Shown piece after piece: positions 46,401-58,700 of a stretch of DNA of 64,000 nucleotides. The notes beneath the pieces were generated by a model. The model was given only the letters and a program-made list of their open reading frames with translations. It had not been told where the DNA came from and ran no database searches. Source of the stretch: Azolla caroliniana (Eukaryota > Plantae > Polypodiophyta); NCBI GenBank assembly GCA_043228905.1, contig JBHGNT010000005.1:19220001-19284000 (forward strand). Direction: 5' to 3'. Each line of letters starts with the position of its first letter. Within the stretch, counting starts at the first letter, position 1. Made by a program: the position numbers and the translations under genes.

Positions 46401-48932
46401 CCTTCGAGCGACAGTACTCCTCGAACTGCCCCCGGTATTCCCCTCCGTTATCTGCTCGTATCGCTTTCAGCTTCTTGCCGGATTCCCTTTCCACTCTCGC
46501 GTGGAGTTCTTTGAAGACGCACAACACTTGGTCCTTTGTCTTCAACAGGTGCCGTCCACAGCTTCCGGCTGTGGTCATCAATGAATGTTATGAAGTACTG
46601 GGCTCCGCCATGTGACTTCGTTTCTACTTGACACACGTCAGTGTGCACCAACTCCAATGGTGCGCTACGTCTCGTCGGTGGCCTTGAGTGGAAGGAGGCT
46701 CGGTTCTGCTTACCGGCCAGGCAATCGGTGCACTTCTCCAGGTGCACATGCTTCACTGGAATAAGGTTGTCTTCTGCAAGCCTCTTCATCCCCTTCTCAC
46801 TCATGTGGCACAGTCTCTTGTGCCACAGCTCACCGGCAGTGTCGGCTGCCACGTTCAACTCTTCCGGACACAACCAGGCATTCATAAGGTACAGTGTGTT
46901 GACTTTCCGGGCCCGAGCCACTATCAGGCTCCCCTTGCTGAACTTCATTACGCCGTTCCGGATGCTACCCGTGTAGCCTTCATCGTCTAGCCTCCCGGCC
47001 GAAATCAGGTTCAATCGAACCTCCGGAACGTGTCGGACATCCTTCAGCAGCATCTTGCATCCGGTTGATGTCATCAGCCACACGTCTCCTATGCCGGCAA
47101 TCCGGCATGTACCTTCATTTCCCATCCCGACACAGCCGTGCTCACCGGCGGTGTAGGATGAGAAGTATTTCTTCTCCGGGGTCAGGTGGAACGACGCTCC
47201 GGAATCGACCACCCAGGTCATCTCTTCATCGGCAAGGTTCAGCTCCCTCTCTTCGGTAATGAGCATTATCTCTTCTTCACTTGCCGCGAGTGTCATCGTT
47301 CCTTTCCGGTCCTGCCCTCGCCGATCCGGACCTCTCCGGTCCGTGGCTCCCCGGTATGCACCGTTTCGCTCCGGTGACTTCTTCGAATCGGTACCGTCGG
47401 TTCCGTTGTCTTTCCGGAAATGCCGACAGTTCTTCTGGAAGTGCCCCGGCTTCCCACAGTAGAAGCATGTAGGTCTTCCCCTCGACTGCGACCGTGTCCC
47501 CGACTTCTCCCGTCTTTGCGGACTCCGGTTCCGTTGTCTTCCCCGTTCCGATTCGGTAAGCAGCGCCTTCGAGTCGGAGGCCGGTTCTTTATCTCTCCGA
47601 CGCGCTTCTTCATTTAGAATACTTGTCTTTACCGTTAGTAAAGACAAGTTCTCTTCCTTACAGGAGGTGCTGAGAGTAACTACCAAGTTCTCCCAGCTCT
47701 CCGGAAGGGTACACATCAGCATGATGGCTTGCATTGCGTCATCCAACGGGAACTTGATCGCCGCAAGCTGGTTCACGAATCCCATGAACGTGCTGACGTG
47801 TTCGACCATGCTCTCGTCGTCTCGGTACTTAAGGTTCACTATCTTCCTCATCAGGGAGGTCCGGGTCAGAGCATTCTTCCTCTCATACAGTCCGGACAGC
47901 TTTTGCCACATCTCATAGGCGTTCGTATCGTTCGCCACATGTTGCAGAACACTTACATCGACATATTGCCGGATCGTCGCTACGGCTTTCCGGTTCAGGA
48001 GCTTCCACTCCGACTCTATTACCCCCTTGGGTATCTCAGCATTGTCGATCGGTTCGTACAGGTCTCGGACGATGAGAAGGTCTTCCATCTTTATCTTCCA
48101 GTCGGCGTAGTTCTGTGAGTTCAACACCATCATGCCCGGAGGCCCACTACCGCCGCCTTCCATTTTCTGTGTTACCGTCGCTCTGATACCACTTTGTTAG
48201 ACCTGGGCTCTTTCAAAACCACTTTGTTAAACACAGTGCTCGGCCACAACCGAGGAATAGGATCAACTCACAGAAAACAGGAAATACAAAATGCACGAAG
48301 ACAATAGAGAGAAGAGTGCACAGGATGTTTTACGTGGAAAACCCTGAATGGGAAAAAACCACGGGAGTCCTCTAACTCCAACTATCACTATAAACAGAGA
48401 TGTACAATGGTGAAGCTACAAGGCAACAACCTTGAGCTCACTGTCTTCGCCACAGACGGCGGTAATACACAGAGGCAACGACCTCTTCGTCTCTCTCTCT
48501 CTCTCGGCTGCTCTCTTCACTCTCCTTACACACATAAGAGTGGCAATACACAATAAGCAACAACTTTTCAGCAACAACAACAAAACTGTTTGCCCTAAGT
48601 CATATTTATACACATATGACTTTCGGGCTATTTACAAATATAGCCTCAAGGGCCCTTGGCAAACATATTCACTAATATGTCCCCGCATCCGGATCTCTCT
48701 CCGGGTACATTCGTCTTCCGGCTCCGTAACCGGGTCTTCATCATCCGGCTCCGTAGCCGGGGTCTTCATCATCCGGCTCCGTAGCCGGGGTCTTCATCAT
48801 CCGGATCCGAAACCGGGTCTTCATCATCCGGATCCGGAACCGGGTCTTCATCATCCGGCTCCGTAGCCGGGGTCTTCATTCCCGATTCCCGGACATCTTA
48901 CCATCCCATCCGGAGGGACCGTAATCCCAACA
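43424..48932 (-). mobile_element. Copia-3: full-length Tnt1/Tork-like element
   Basis: LTRs 43424-44079 and 48195-48932. TSD GAGAG. PBS iMet at 48180-48191. PPT AAGGGGGAG at 44082-44090. Confidence 0.95.
44090..48163 (-). pseudogene. Copia-3 gag-pol with two frameshifts (~46560, ~46140)
   Basis: CFYCGKPGHFQKNC, WVVDSGASFH, RADNGGEY, YVDD and RTKHIQRRYHW across ORFs 46448-48163, 46102-46581 and 44090-46135. Confidence 0.94.
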
Positions 48933-49047
48933 GAGAGGAAGAGAGAAAGAACACTTATAAACAATAAGATAAATGGGGGATGATTAACAAGAGTATAGCA
49001 CAAGACTTTTTTCTATATTACTAAGCATCAAGTTACAAATATACCCA

Positions 49048-49517
49048 TGTTAATAATTAGGTAATTAACTAATGGTTAATTAGTGTCTAATTATGTGAGT
49101 AGTTAATCATGTATGTGATTAAGCAACGAAATATTACGTGATATGTGCGTGTATGTGTGTGAGAGGAAGAGAAAGAGGAAGTTACACTTATGAACAATAA
49201 ATGGGGGATGATTAACAAGAGTGTAGCTAAAGACCTTTCTCTATATTAATAAACATCAAAATACAACGATACCCACAATGTGGTATATATACATCTCATG
49301 TGCAAGGGTGCACATGTGTGAGGAGAATATAGGCACAAGGATTTGAGTCCTATATTCAATGAACTTAGTAGTGGAGGATCTAGAATGTATCCCACTCAAG
49401 TACAAAATCCTATTTAAGGCTTTAAGGTCAACACTTCTAACTAGATTCTAATTATGTAACTACTAAGTTATATGGTTAACTAAATAACTAAATCTAGTTG
49501 AGCTTGATATCTCAGCA
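49048..49517 (-). repeat. Solo LTR X2 inserted into X1 (same family)
   Basis: tgttaataattag...ctcagca. Perfect TSD ACCCA (49043-49047, 49518-49522). Confidence 0.88.
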
Positions 49518-51982
49518 ACCCACAATGAGGTATATATAGATCTCATGTGCAAGGGTGCACATGTGTGAGGAGAATATAGGTACAAAGATGTAAGTCCTAT
49601 ATTAAATGTACTTAGGAGTGGAGGATCTAGAATGAATACCATTTAAGTACAAGGTCCTATTTAAGGCTTTAAGGTCAACATGCATAACTAGATTCTATCT
49701 AGGTAACTACTCAAGCTACGTGGTTAACTAAATGTCTAAACTTAGTTGAGCTTGATATCTCAACAAATCCTTTGATATGCATTACATACATTCGATCCAA
49801 CCTACTCCAAGTATCCTTATATTGAGCCGATTAAAAGGTATAACCTGGTTCATCTCCCTTGATCCATTTCCATACATCCCTTAACATGACTTCAGTCCGA
49901 AAATCTCCCCATTCTTGAGCCTTTGGTCCATCCATAATAGAGTGGATAGATGTTGATTGATTTGTCTCACAACAAACATTAAAATCTCTCATCAATAAAC
50001 CCGGTCTACCATTATCAAGCATGGAGTTTAGAGATCCTCGTAGCAACTTTCGTTCTTGTGAAACATTCGATACATGCACACCAACTAACCAAAGAACTTG
50101 CCCTTCATAACATATCTCTACCACGATAAATCTTCCAAATTCATCTGAAACAATTACTTTTGGGTGAAATTTATCTCTTATAAACATGACAATCCTAGAA
50201 TAATCCCCATGAACATTGCCAGCATAATATAATGTACAACCCTTAGAATAACTAATTAATCAAGCATTACGATGATCTTTATGCTCTATTGCACATAAAA
50301 CATCTCATTGCTCACTTAATGCGATCCTCTAAACCTCATGCATTCTAAATCTAGAACACAATCCCCTCACATTCCATGTGGTGATCTTCATACTTTATTT
50401 TTTCCTTTTATTCGAGAAATCTCCTTCTCCTTCACTACTAATGTTTCTGCCATATCCTGAAATAAATCCCCTAAGATTGCATACGAATTACTATGGGAAT
50501 GCAAAACTCCAGACTCCGATGACTCCTCATGTGAACGAGGCACTGATTTCCGTTTATTCCAAGCAACATACAAATTACCTTTATTATCAAAAGATAATTT
50601 CTTTGGATAGGCCTCTTGACGAACCCATGGTTTATTCCACATGGGATTTGTTTGTTGAATCAGTGTGGCCTTCTCAATAGATACATTATGCCCAACATTC
50701 TTATTAAACTTCTTCATCTTTCCAGAAACTATTGACCATTGCCCTTCATCCTCTGGAGTCTTTCCATCCTTGTCATTCACAATTTGTGGTTCCTTTGTTT
50801 GCTCTAAATTGTTAAAGTTCTAATATGATCATGAGTTGTAGGCTCTTCATGTACCACTTCCACTACATTATTTCTTTTTTGAGGACACTTAGCTATAAAA
50901 TGCCCCAACACACCACAATGTCTTGCAAATGTACCCCATTTAAGCTGAAAATACATAGGCGGCATACCAAAACATGCAATATGTAAACAACTTCGCCTCT
51001 TTATAGTAGTATTCCAAAGAATACACATCCGATATTGATTTTGAACATTATCACTAGGAGGCACCAAGATCTTTCCCAACTTTTCCATTGTTAATTGTAA
51101 TATTTGCTAGACCACTGAATATGTGCACTCTACCTCAACCCATGTAGGACAATCTTGCTTTGATATATCTTGGTATTCCAGGCCTCCATGGAACAATATG
51201 AACCAAACTTTTCTCATAAATAAATGGCAATTTATTGAGTAATTTCTTTTTATACTCTTGTGATACCAAAACAACCTCATAAAATCCACGAGGACCAACA
51301 TAAACATCCTGAACACAATCAACTTGTAAAATTCCACGTAATCATTGTTTGACCCTCCAAAGGAAAGGTATCTTCCCCGTGAAAAACAATATGAGCCCTC
51401 TATGAAAAAAATTAGCAAATGAGCCCAAAAACTCCTTATTATCAATTTCTACCTTAGCCACTTCATCGTCAACAAACTCCTTAGCAACTTTCACATTCTC
51501 CCTTATACAATCTTCCATTAATATATTTTCCATGCATCTTAAATGTTCCCAATGACTATCGTCTTTCTCAATATCATCTTGTCGCATTGCATCAGCATAA
51601 GACATGTCATTACTAGTATCTCTAATACATCATTTTCTTTTACCATCCCATCTTGGACTCAATACTGACTCAACCATGCATGCATCCTTTGAAGAATTTG
51701 GAGACTCGTCCATATTCATGAAAACACTACCATCCATATGACAAAAAATAGGAGAGAGCTCACTTACAAGTGATTTTGTTGGAGAAGGAACTAAAGCAAG
51801 CGACCATGAGATGCATACAACCGATAATTTTACTCGTGTAACGTTCTATCAAAACTACCAAATGATACGTGCAAATACTCTTTAGAAAGCTCTCTGTGCA
51901 ATATTCGAAACAAGCCAAGGAACAAAGGAAACAGATACCGTAGCAGGAAGATACATCAAAAATAGTGTTTGTCCTTCTCTAA

Positions 51983-51984
<2 letters not shown>

Positions 51985-52026
<42 letters not shown>
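51985..52026. repeat. (TC)n microsatellite abutting the 5' end of LINE-b
   Basis: Seen directly. Confidence 0.95.
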
Positions 52027-52029
<3 letters not shown>

Positions 52030-52905
52030 CAAGTAAGCCGCAATTAGTACATGAGTTTAGAGTGGTTCAAACGATTAATGTAATGATCACAATATTTAGG
52101 ACTAACAACAAGATAACAACCGAAGACCCTTATTTAGGGCTATAAAATGTTCGAGACACGTTGAAATATTTTCATGCATCATACTAAACCCTAACCCATC
52201 CATTTAAATTTTTTAATAGTTTTAACATACCATTTGAATGTTTTAACCATCTATTGAGAATCAAGCTCAACATGGTGCAATGTGTGAACACACCTTTTGA
52301 GAATCTATGATTACTCAAAGGTCAAGAGTCACACCACTACTCTCTACACATTAACTATGTGTCATAGAATCATATTCTATGACACATAACTAATGAGTTA
52401 CATATTCCCCATGACTATGAGTCTTCACATTCCCCAAGAGAGAGTGGTTATTGTAGTTAGTTAATGAAGAGAGAGGGTGACTATATATAAAGCACCATCT
52501 TCATACTTTATACTAAGTCGGTTGTGACTCCTTGTAATACTACATTTTGTATTTCTCATTCTTCTTGTGAATATACATCTTCTTCTTCTTGAGTATTCCC
52601 TTTTCTATCTATCTTGTGTTCTCTCTTCTCTCCTCTAATTCCTCTCACACATACACATAACACACATCTCTTCCGCTACACAAGAATCATACCCGATTCT
52701 TTACATGGTATTAGAGCAGTTTGGTAACTCGATCTAGCCCATCTGTGTGTGTTGTGTTCTACGCCGACGTTCGAGAAGAACCGGTCCATCGCTATCGTAG
52801 TGCGACTACATAGCTCGTATTCGAGAGAGAAGGAAAAGAAAAGAAGGAAGAAATCTTCATCGACAATGAATACTCAAATGGGGAGCGCTCTCCCTAGCGA
52901 GAAGC

Positions 52906-54194
52906 TGTTATCGGCTGACAAAGTAGTCCAGAGTGTGAAACGGAGGAGTTATTTAATTATTAGGAATGGTTGTAAGTAAGCTATTAGTGTGGACGGACGG
53001 ACCGGAATCGGTATGCCGTTCCAGATCCGAACCGATCCCGAACAGGTGCGAATGGCACCGTTTTGTACTACAAACCAGAAACCTATTTAAAGGCCTGGAT
53101 ACAATGTAATGAGCAACGGATAATTAATGAAGCTTAGTGTTTTTATCTCTTTGTGTTAATTGTCGTTCTGCATTCATTGTTATATCTTACTCATGTAATT
53201 ATTAAGGACGATCTTGCTAAGTAACCTAATTAAGTCGGATTAATCGTTGAGCCTAATCCTCTTGCCGTAACACCCCTTTGGTGAAGTGTCTTCCGTAGAC
53301 ACCCTGTGTTAGGCCATTGTCCGGCCCTAAGAGTTAACACAGTTTTTGGCGAACACGATTCCTGTTTTTGCAGCGAACGACGGCATGAATGGATGACTAG
53401 ATCAATGCACGACCTGGTTACAGATCAAACTCGACGCCTTGCCGAAAGGCAAAGGAGACGTGAGGCTTTCCAGCAAGCGGCGTAGGAAATTATAGCGGAT
53501 CGCTCGTTTTCCAATGTAATCCGGAGAGTAGCGGAGGAGTCCCTCCGGTTACAGCAAACATCGCACCTGGACGATGGCAGCAGCCTAATAAGCCTCCGGG
53601 AAACCGAATCCCTTCTCTAGGCGTTGGCAAGCGGAGAAGGCGAAGCAGAAGCCTTTTCAGCGTATGAATCGGATTCCGAAGGGGGATACAGCTGGACGAA
53701 GAATAGCAAGGGTTGGATGGTGGATTCGACGTACAAGGTACTGTCCCACAGGCGTGTCATGTGTTATCGGCCGGCAAGTAGTCCAGAGTGTGAAACGGAG
53801 GAGTTATTTAATTATTAGGAATGGTTGTAAGTAAGCTATTAGTGTGGGCGGACGGACCGGAATCGGTATGCCGTTCCGGATCCGGACCGATCCCGAATAG
53901 GTGCGGATGGCACCGTTTTGTACTACAAACCGGAAACCTATTTAAAGGCCCGGATACAATGTAATGAGCAACGGATAATTAATGAAGCTTAGTGTTTTTA
54001 TCTCTTTGTGTTAATTGTCGTTCTGCATTCATTGTTATATCTTACGCATGTGATTATTAAGGACGATCTTGCTAAGTAACCTAATTAAGTCGGATTAATC
54101 GTTGAGCCTAATCCTCTTGCCGTAACACCCCTTTGGTGAAGTGTCTTCCGTAGACACCCTGTGTTAGGCCATTGTCCGGCCCTAAGAGTTAACA
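52906..54194 (+). mobile_element. TRIM-like non-autonomous LTR element E
   Basis: LTRs 52906-53339 and 53762-54194. TSD GAAGC. 422-bp interior. PBS-like TGGCGAACACG at 53347. LTR end CCTAAGAG..AACA shared with Gypsy-D. Confidence 0.93.
53720..53761 (+). promoter_or_regulatory. tRNA-Arg 3'-half-like motif at the PPT position of TRIM-E
   Basis: GTGGATTCGA-CGTACAAGGTACT-GTCCCACAGGCGTGTCA-TG, then the LTR TG. Confidence 0.8.
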
Positions 54195-55712
54195 GAAGCT
54201 AGATCGAAACAACTTTACATCTTGGGAGTACAAGATGCACCAATACCTTGTCGGCCAAGGCTATTGGGATTACATCAAAGGAGTACAAGAAAACCGACCC
54301 GACCTGAAAGACGCCGACTATGCAACATGGGAGCAAGCGGCAAGCCAAGTGATTTATTGCTTGGCAACATGTGTTCATGACCACATGCTCGGCTACATTC
54401 GAGAAGCCGAGACGCCAAAGGAAGTGTGGGAGAATCTACGAAAGATTTTCGTCGCCAACACAACTGCGAGAAAGCTTCAACTCCGCCAAGAGTTGAACAA
54501 CATACAACAAAGGGATATGTCCATCACGAGCTACACCTTGAAGATCAAGGAGCTTTGCGACTCGCTCGGCTTGATAAGCGTCAATGTGGACGATGATGAG
54601 ATGGTGCAAATATGCCTTGGCGGCCTTGCACCACGGTTCGACGTGATGAGGACTGCACTAATACCCCAATTTTACATATAAGGGAGAATAAATACAATTT
54701 TTGCAAAACATTAAATAGATTGGTATTGATGTACATGAAAAAATAATCGTGTGTATGTTTTGAGTGTACGCTTGAAGCTAGTTGGAAAAGTTATTGCAGG
54801 TTGGAGAATCAATGTAGCCAAAGCAAAATTGTGATCCAAGATTTGCTTCATAAAGTAGAAGTGTGGAGTGACACTATTTCACTAAACATATGGAATGAGA
54901 TTAAGAAGACTATTTCACTAATTTTTATTGTCCACAAGGTGACCAGTGGGACCATATCAATATATCATCAAGTATGTGACTAATCTTTTCCAAGGAATAG
55001 GAGGGGTTATTTTTCTATAACAAAAACTCTCTATTTGAAAATAATGCACACACATGTGCTCGCCCATCTTGGTGGGAATTTGAATACGATGCTTAAATTA
55101 TCATGCATGTCAACGAGTCCTCATATTTCCCACGAATTACCTTATATGCTAAACATGCAAGTAAATCATATTCATCCTCCACTAAGGTTTTCATTGCATA
55201 GCTTGCATATCGCCATACTAAGTTGATGCCATGATGCTACCTCAACACCTAACTTGGGATAGCAACTTTGGAGAAGTGTTAAGGCTCTCTAAGATCCAAG
55301 GCTCATTGGGGCAATAAGATATGTATAATAAGTTGAGTATCAATAGCTCCAAAAAGCCAAAATAATGATAAATCGTAGATTGTGCATAATAACAACCTAC
55401 TTGAAATCTTAGAGAGTTTCAAATATATTGGGCTTAAGATCCCTCCATTATTGATCAAATGAATGAGCAACCAACCCCTTAGAAGAGGGAAAGAGAGCTT
55501 ACTTTGCAGTGAACAACACATGCAATGGTGGAGAAATTAACTATAATGTTTTCAATAAATGCATCTTCCACATATGGTAACATTACTACTTCCCTATGGG
55601 GTGGAAGTTTGGGGTAGGAACATAACTAAGTCCACTTTGGAAGAGTTTGACAAAGTTTAAAGGTGCTTTATTGTGCAGTTTTTTCAAGTTAAGTGGTAAA
55701 CACCATACACCC

Positions 55713-58700
55713 TAGCTATGGGCGATGGTTGAACTCAAACCAAACAACACTATGAAGCCATGGTTTAACAATTTATCTATTCAAATATAAGAAAATGGTT
55801 TTGTTCTAAAACAAGGGTTTATCGATTTAAGTGGTTCAGGTTAATGGTTTATAAGTCTTTTATTTGACTTTTTCTTTTGTTTTTCCTAATGGTTTAATAG
55901 TTCAATTAATGTATTTTTTGTTGGATTGTTTAATAATTTGACTTAAATGGATTGGTTTAGATTTGTGATTAACTAGTTTGATTTGGTTTCAAGCTTCTTC
56001 TTCTTTCCTTGAAAGATTTTCTTCAATAGTATTAAAACATCAAGAAAGTACAAGTAAAAGTTATCTACCCATAGGCTTACAACGTAATGTATGTACACCT
56101 AAACTTGTACATACAAAAACAGCTTATATAGGGTTGTTGAGCCTTAAATGATACATTAACATGTTGGTTTTATATCAAGAAAGGGTCCATGGAAGATGAT
56201 AACTCCATTGAGGTCTTTGGTTTGTCATTACAAAGAGAGGCACCTTCCTCCATAAGTGAAGAAACTTCATCCTTCTTTTATGAATATTTTCTGGAGAACC
56301 AGACATGTTATCATACTGCCCACGAACTACTGTCAACAATGTTTCCCATATCTCAAGCAATACCTCTGAAATGCCAAGCTTTGCGGCATCGTAAAGTCGA
56401 CTGCATCTACATTTCCATAATACCCATAATGTTATCGTAGTCACAGTTTTCTAGATCTGGACAGATCGCATCTGCTTTCAAGGTTGCTGAAACGGAGTAA
56501 GTGATATCAATCTTCTGTTATATACCGTCATGGCCTCTTGTATTTCATTTGCCTCATACAACATCAGGCTGGAGTTTAATATTCCCCACACCGTTGCTCC
56601 CCATGAGAACAATCAACCAACATTGATTGTTAGGAATAAAGAAAGAACTTTATTCCATACTTGCTGAGCCAAGGGACAAGGCTAGAGGGCATGCTTAGTA
56701 GTCTCCGGCGTTGCATAACAAAATCCACATTGCCTGAGATTATGTGCTACATTCCCTTTTAACGTCTGGCCAACTGGTAATGCAGCATGCACTAATAGCC
56801 ATCTAAAAAGAATAAATTTAGAAGGCCCCTTCAAAGACCATATCCATCTCCAATATGTTTTCAACTACAACATTGAAACACCCCAGTTAGTCCAATGTTT
56901 TTGTGCTGCTGGCGCCATTACATTCATAGACCTTAGTAATGACCTTCCTAGCTTTACTAAATACTAAAAAAAGGGAACCTTTATGATATGTTCCCCCAAG
57001 GAATACTTCCAGAACCAACCCCCCGGATCCCATAGTAGTCTTGCAACAGGTTCTTTTGCATACAACCACATCATATCACACATATGAGCAATAGAAGGAT
57101 AAGGATATAGCAGCCACTTCTTTCCCATTTTTGCAATCACTCTGACTGGTGCATTCCGCACATGCTGAAAGTACCTGCAGTAAAAAGCATGAGGTTGCAT
57201 TCTATTGTTATCAAGAACCTCAAAATAAGAGATGCACCCATTAGGTGAGATACCCTTGACAGCCAATAATGTATCATTTATGAAGCATCCAAATCGGAAA
57301 TGCTCCTGTATGGGTTCGAAAGTCGCCGCTAATGAGGAATATGAAGCTAAAATGGCAACCGTCATTCATTATCATGACTCCATGAAGAGTTTGTAGATGC
57401 GCAAGTCGATCTGCTTGTGGCATCGGTTGGAAACGAATCCAAGTATTACATAAGCAGTTGGCCCATTATCCAGTTTACCCTAGGCAAGGTGAGTTTTGAG
57501 ACGCAATACTTTTCCTACATTATCCCGAAATGGAGAATTTCCAAGAAGAGGCTGATTAAGCAATGCATCCCAAGTCAAAGGCTTCTCCTTAACTAGAAAT
57601 GACTTGATCCCATCCCATGCCCTTATGATTCCTAACAAAAAACGGTTAGTAGCTAAATCTCGCCTTGGCGTTTGTACGTCATTCAAGAACAACCATTTTA
57701 GAGAGGGAGACCAAACTACCCCCGTCCTAGGACTTAAATTCATTAGCTGCTTTAGAAAAATTCCTTTCCAGGCTTCTGACCCTGGTAACAATCCTCGAAT
57801 CACAAACTTATCCAAGAGGGCTCTTGATTGCATCAAAGGATCTATCAAACCCAACCCTCCATGGATTTTCTGTTGAATCAGCACCTTCCGAGCAACTTTG
57901 GCTATTGTTCGAGATCCATTTTGTCCTCCCTAGAGGAAATTACGAATCAAGCTTTGTACTTTCATTATTGCTGACCTTGAAAATAACCAAACAGAAGCTA
58001 TAAACCACATGGAGGCCAAAAGTACTGAATTTGCTACTACAACCCGACCTGCAAAGGACAATTGTTGGGCATCCCAATATAGAAGTTTATGCTTTTTTTA
58101 TAATAGCAGCGGGGATAACATAGCTTCTGATTTTAAATCTATACCAACTAGACATCCCAAATACCGAACAGGTTCACCTTGGTTAAGCCAGCGGAAAGTA
58201 GAACCTGGATACCAAGCAGGATGAGGCTCTGCACCCACCCATAACCCTACCGACTTATTCCAATTAAGAGAGGAACCTGTAGCTTCTAAGAAACTCTGCA
58301 AAGCATTTTGTACCTGTTCGAGATTACCAATCTCCCCATCAACATAAAGGGTCGTATCATCTGCAAACTCAACATCCAATACAACAGACTGTGCAATAGG
58401 TAATGCTATACCTTTTATACCAGCTGAAGAAGATCTTAGGTATGAAGCTAGAGCTTCCCCATACAAGATAAAAAGAGAAGGAGGAAGAGGACATCCTTGC
58501 CTAACCGACCTGGAAATCGGAAATATTGGCCCATAACCTCCAACGAACAAAACTGAGCTAGAGGCCTGCCTATATAAGGTCGAAACACCATTAGGAAAGC
58601 CTAATCTTGACAACACTACCTCAAGAAATGCCCAATCTACTTTATCATAGGCTTTTTCAAAGTCCAATAGTAAAACTACCATTTGTTGTTTATTTTGTTG

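Larger units (their letters stand above)
43306..49765 (-). repeat. Solo LTR X1 (Copia-1 LTR family) in three pieces: 43306-43423, 48933-49047, 49518-49765
   Basis: tgttaataattag...ctcaaca. TSD AATCA/AATCC. Homologous to 1969-2637. Confidence 0.85.
42063..51984 (-). mobile_element. L1 LINE-b (same family as LINE-a), 5'-complete, RT region deleted, interrupted by solo LTR X1
   Basis: ORF1 fragments 50388-51605, endonuclease 49831-50187 and C-terminal region 42100-43195 match LINE-a. The junction near 43195 skips about 2 kb (LINE-a ~7615-9596). Confidence 0.88.
52252..54660 (+). mobile_element. Copia-4: 5' LTR, PBS and gag only (3'-truncated)
   Basis: LTR ~52252-52705 starts tattgagaatcaagctcaac. 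PBS TGGTATTAGAGC at 52706. gag MNTQMGSALPSEKL is split by TRIM-E and continues at 54200-54660. Confidence 0.85.

Noticed and set aside
54656-54700. CACTA terminus at the Copia-4 truncation point
   Set aside because: No matching TIR or TSD could be found.
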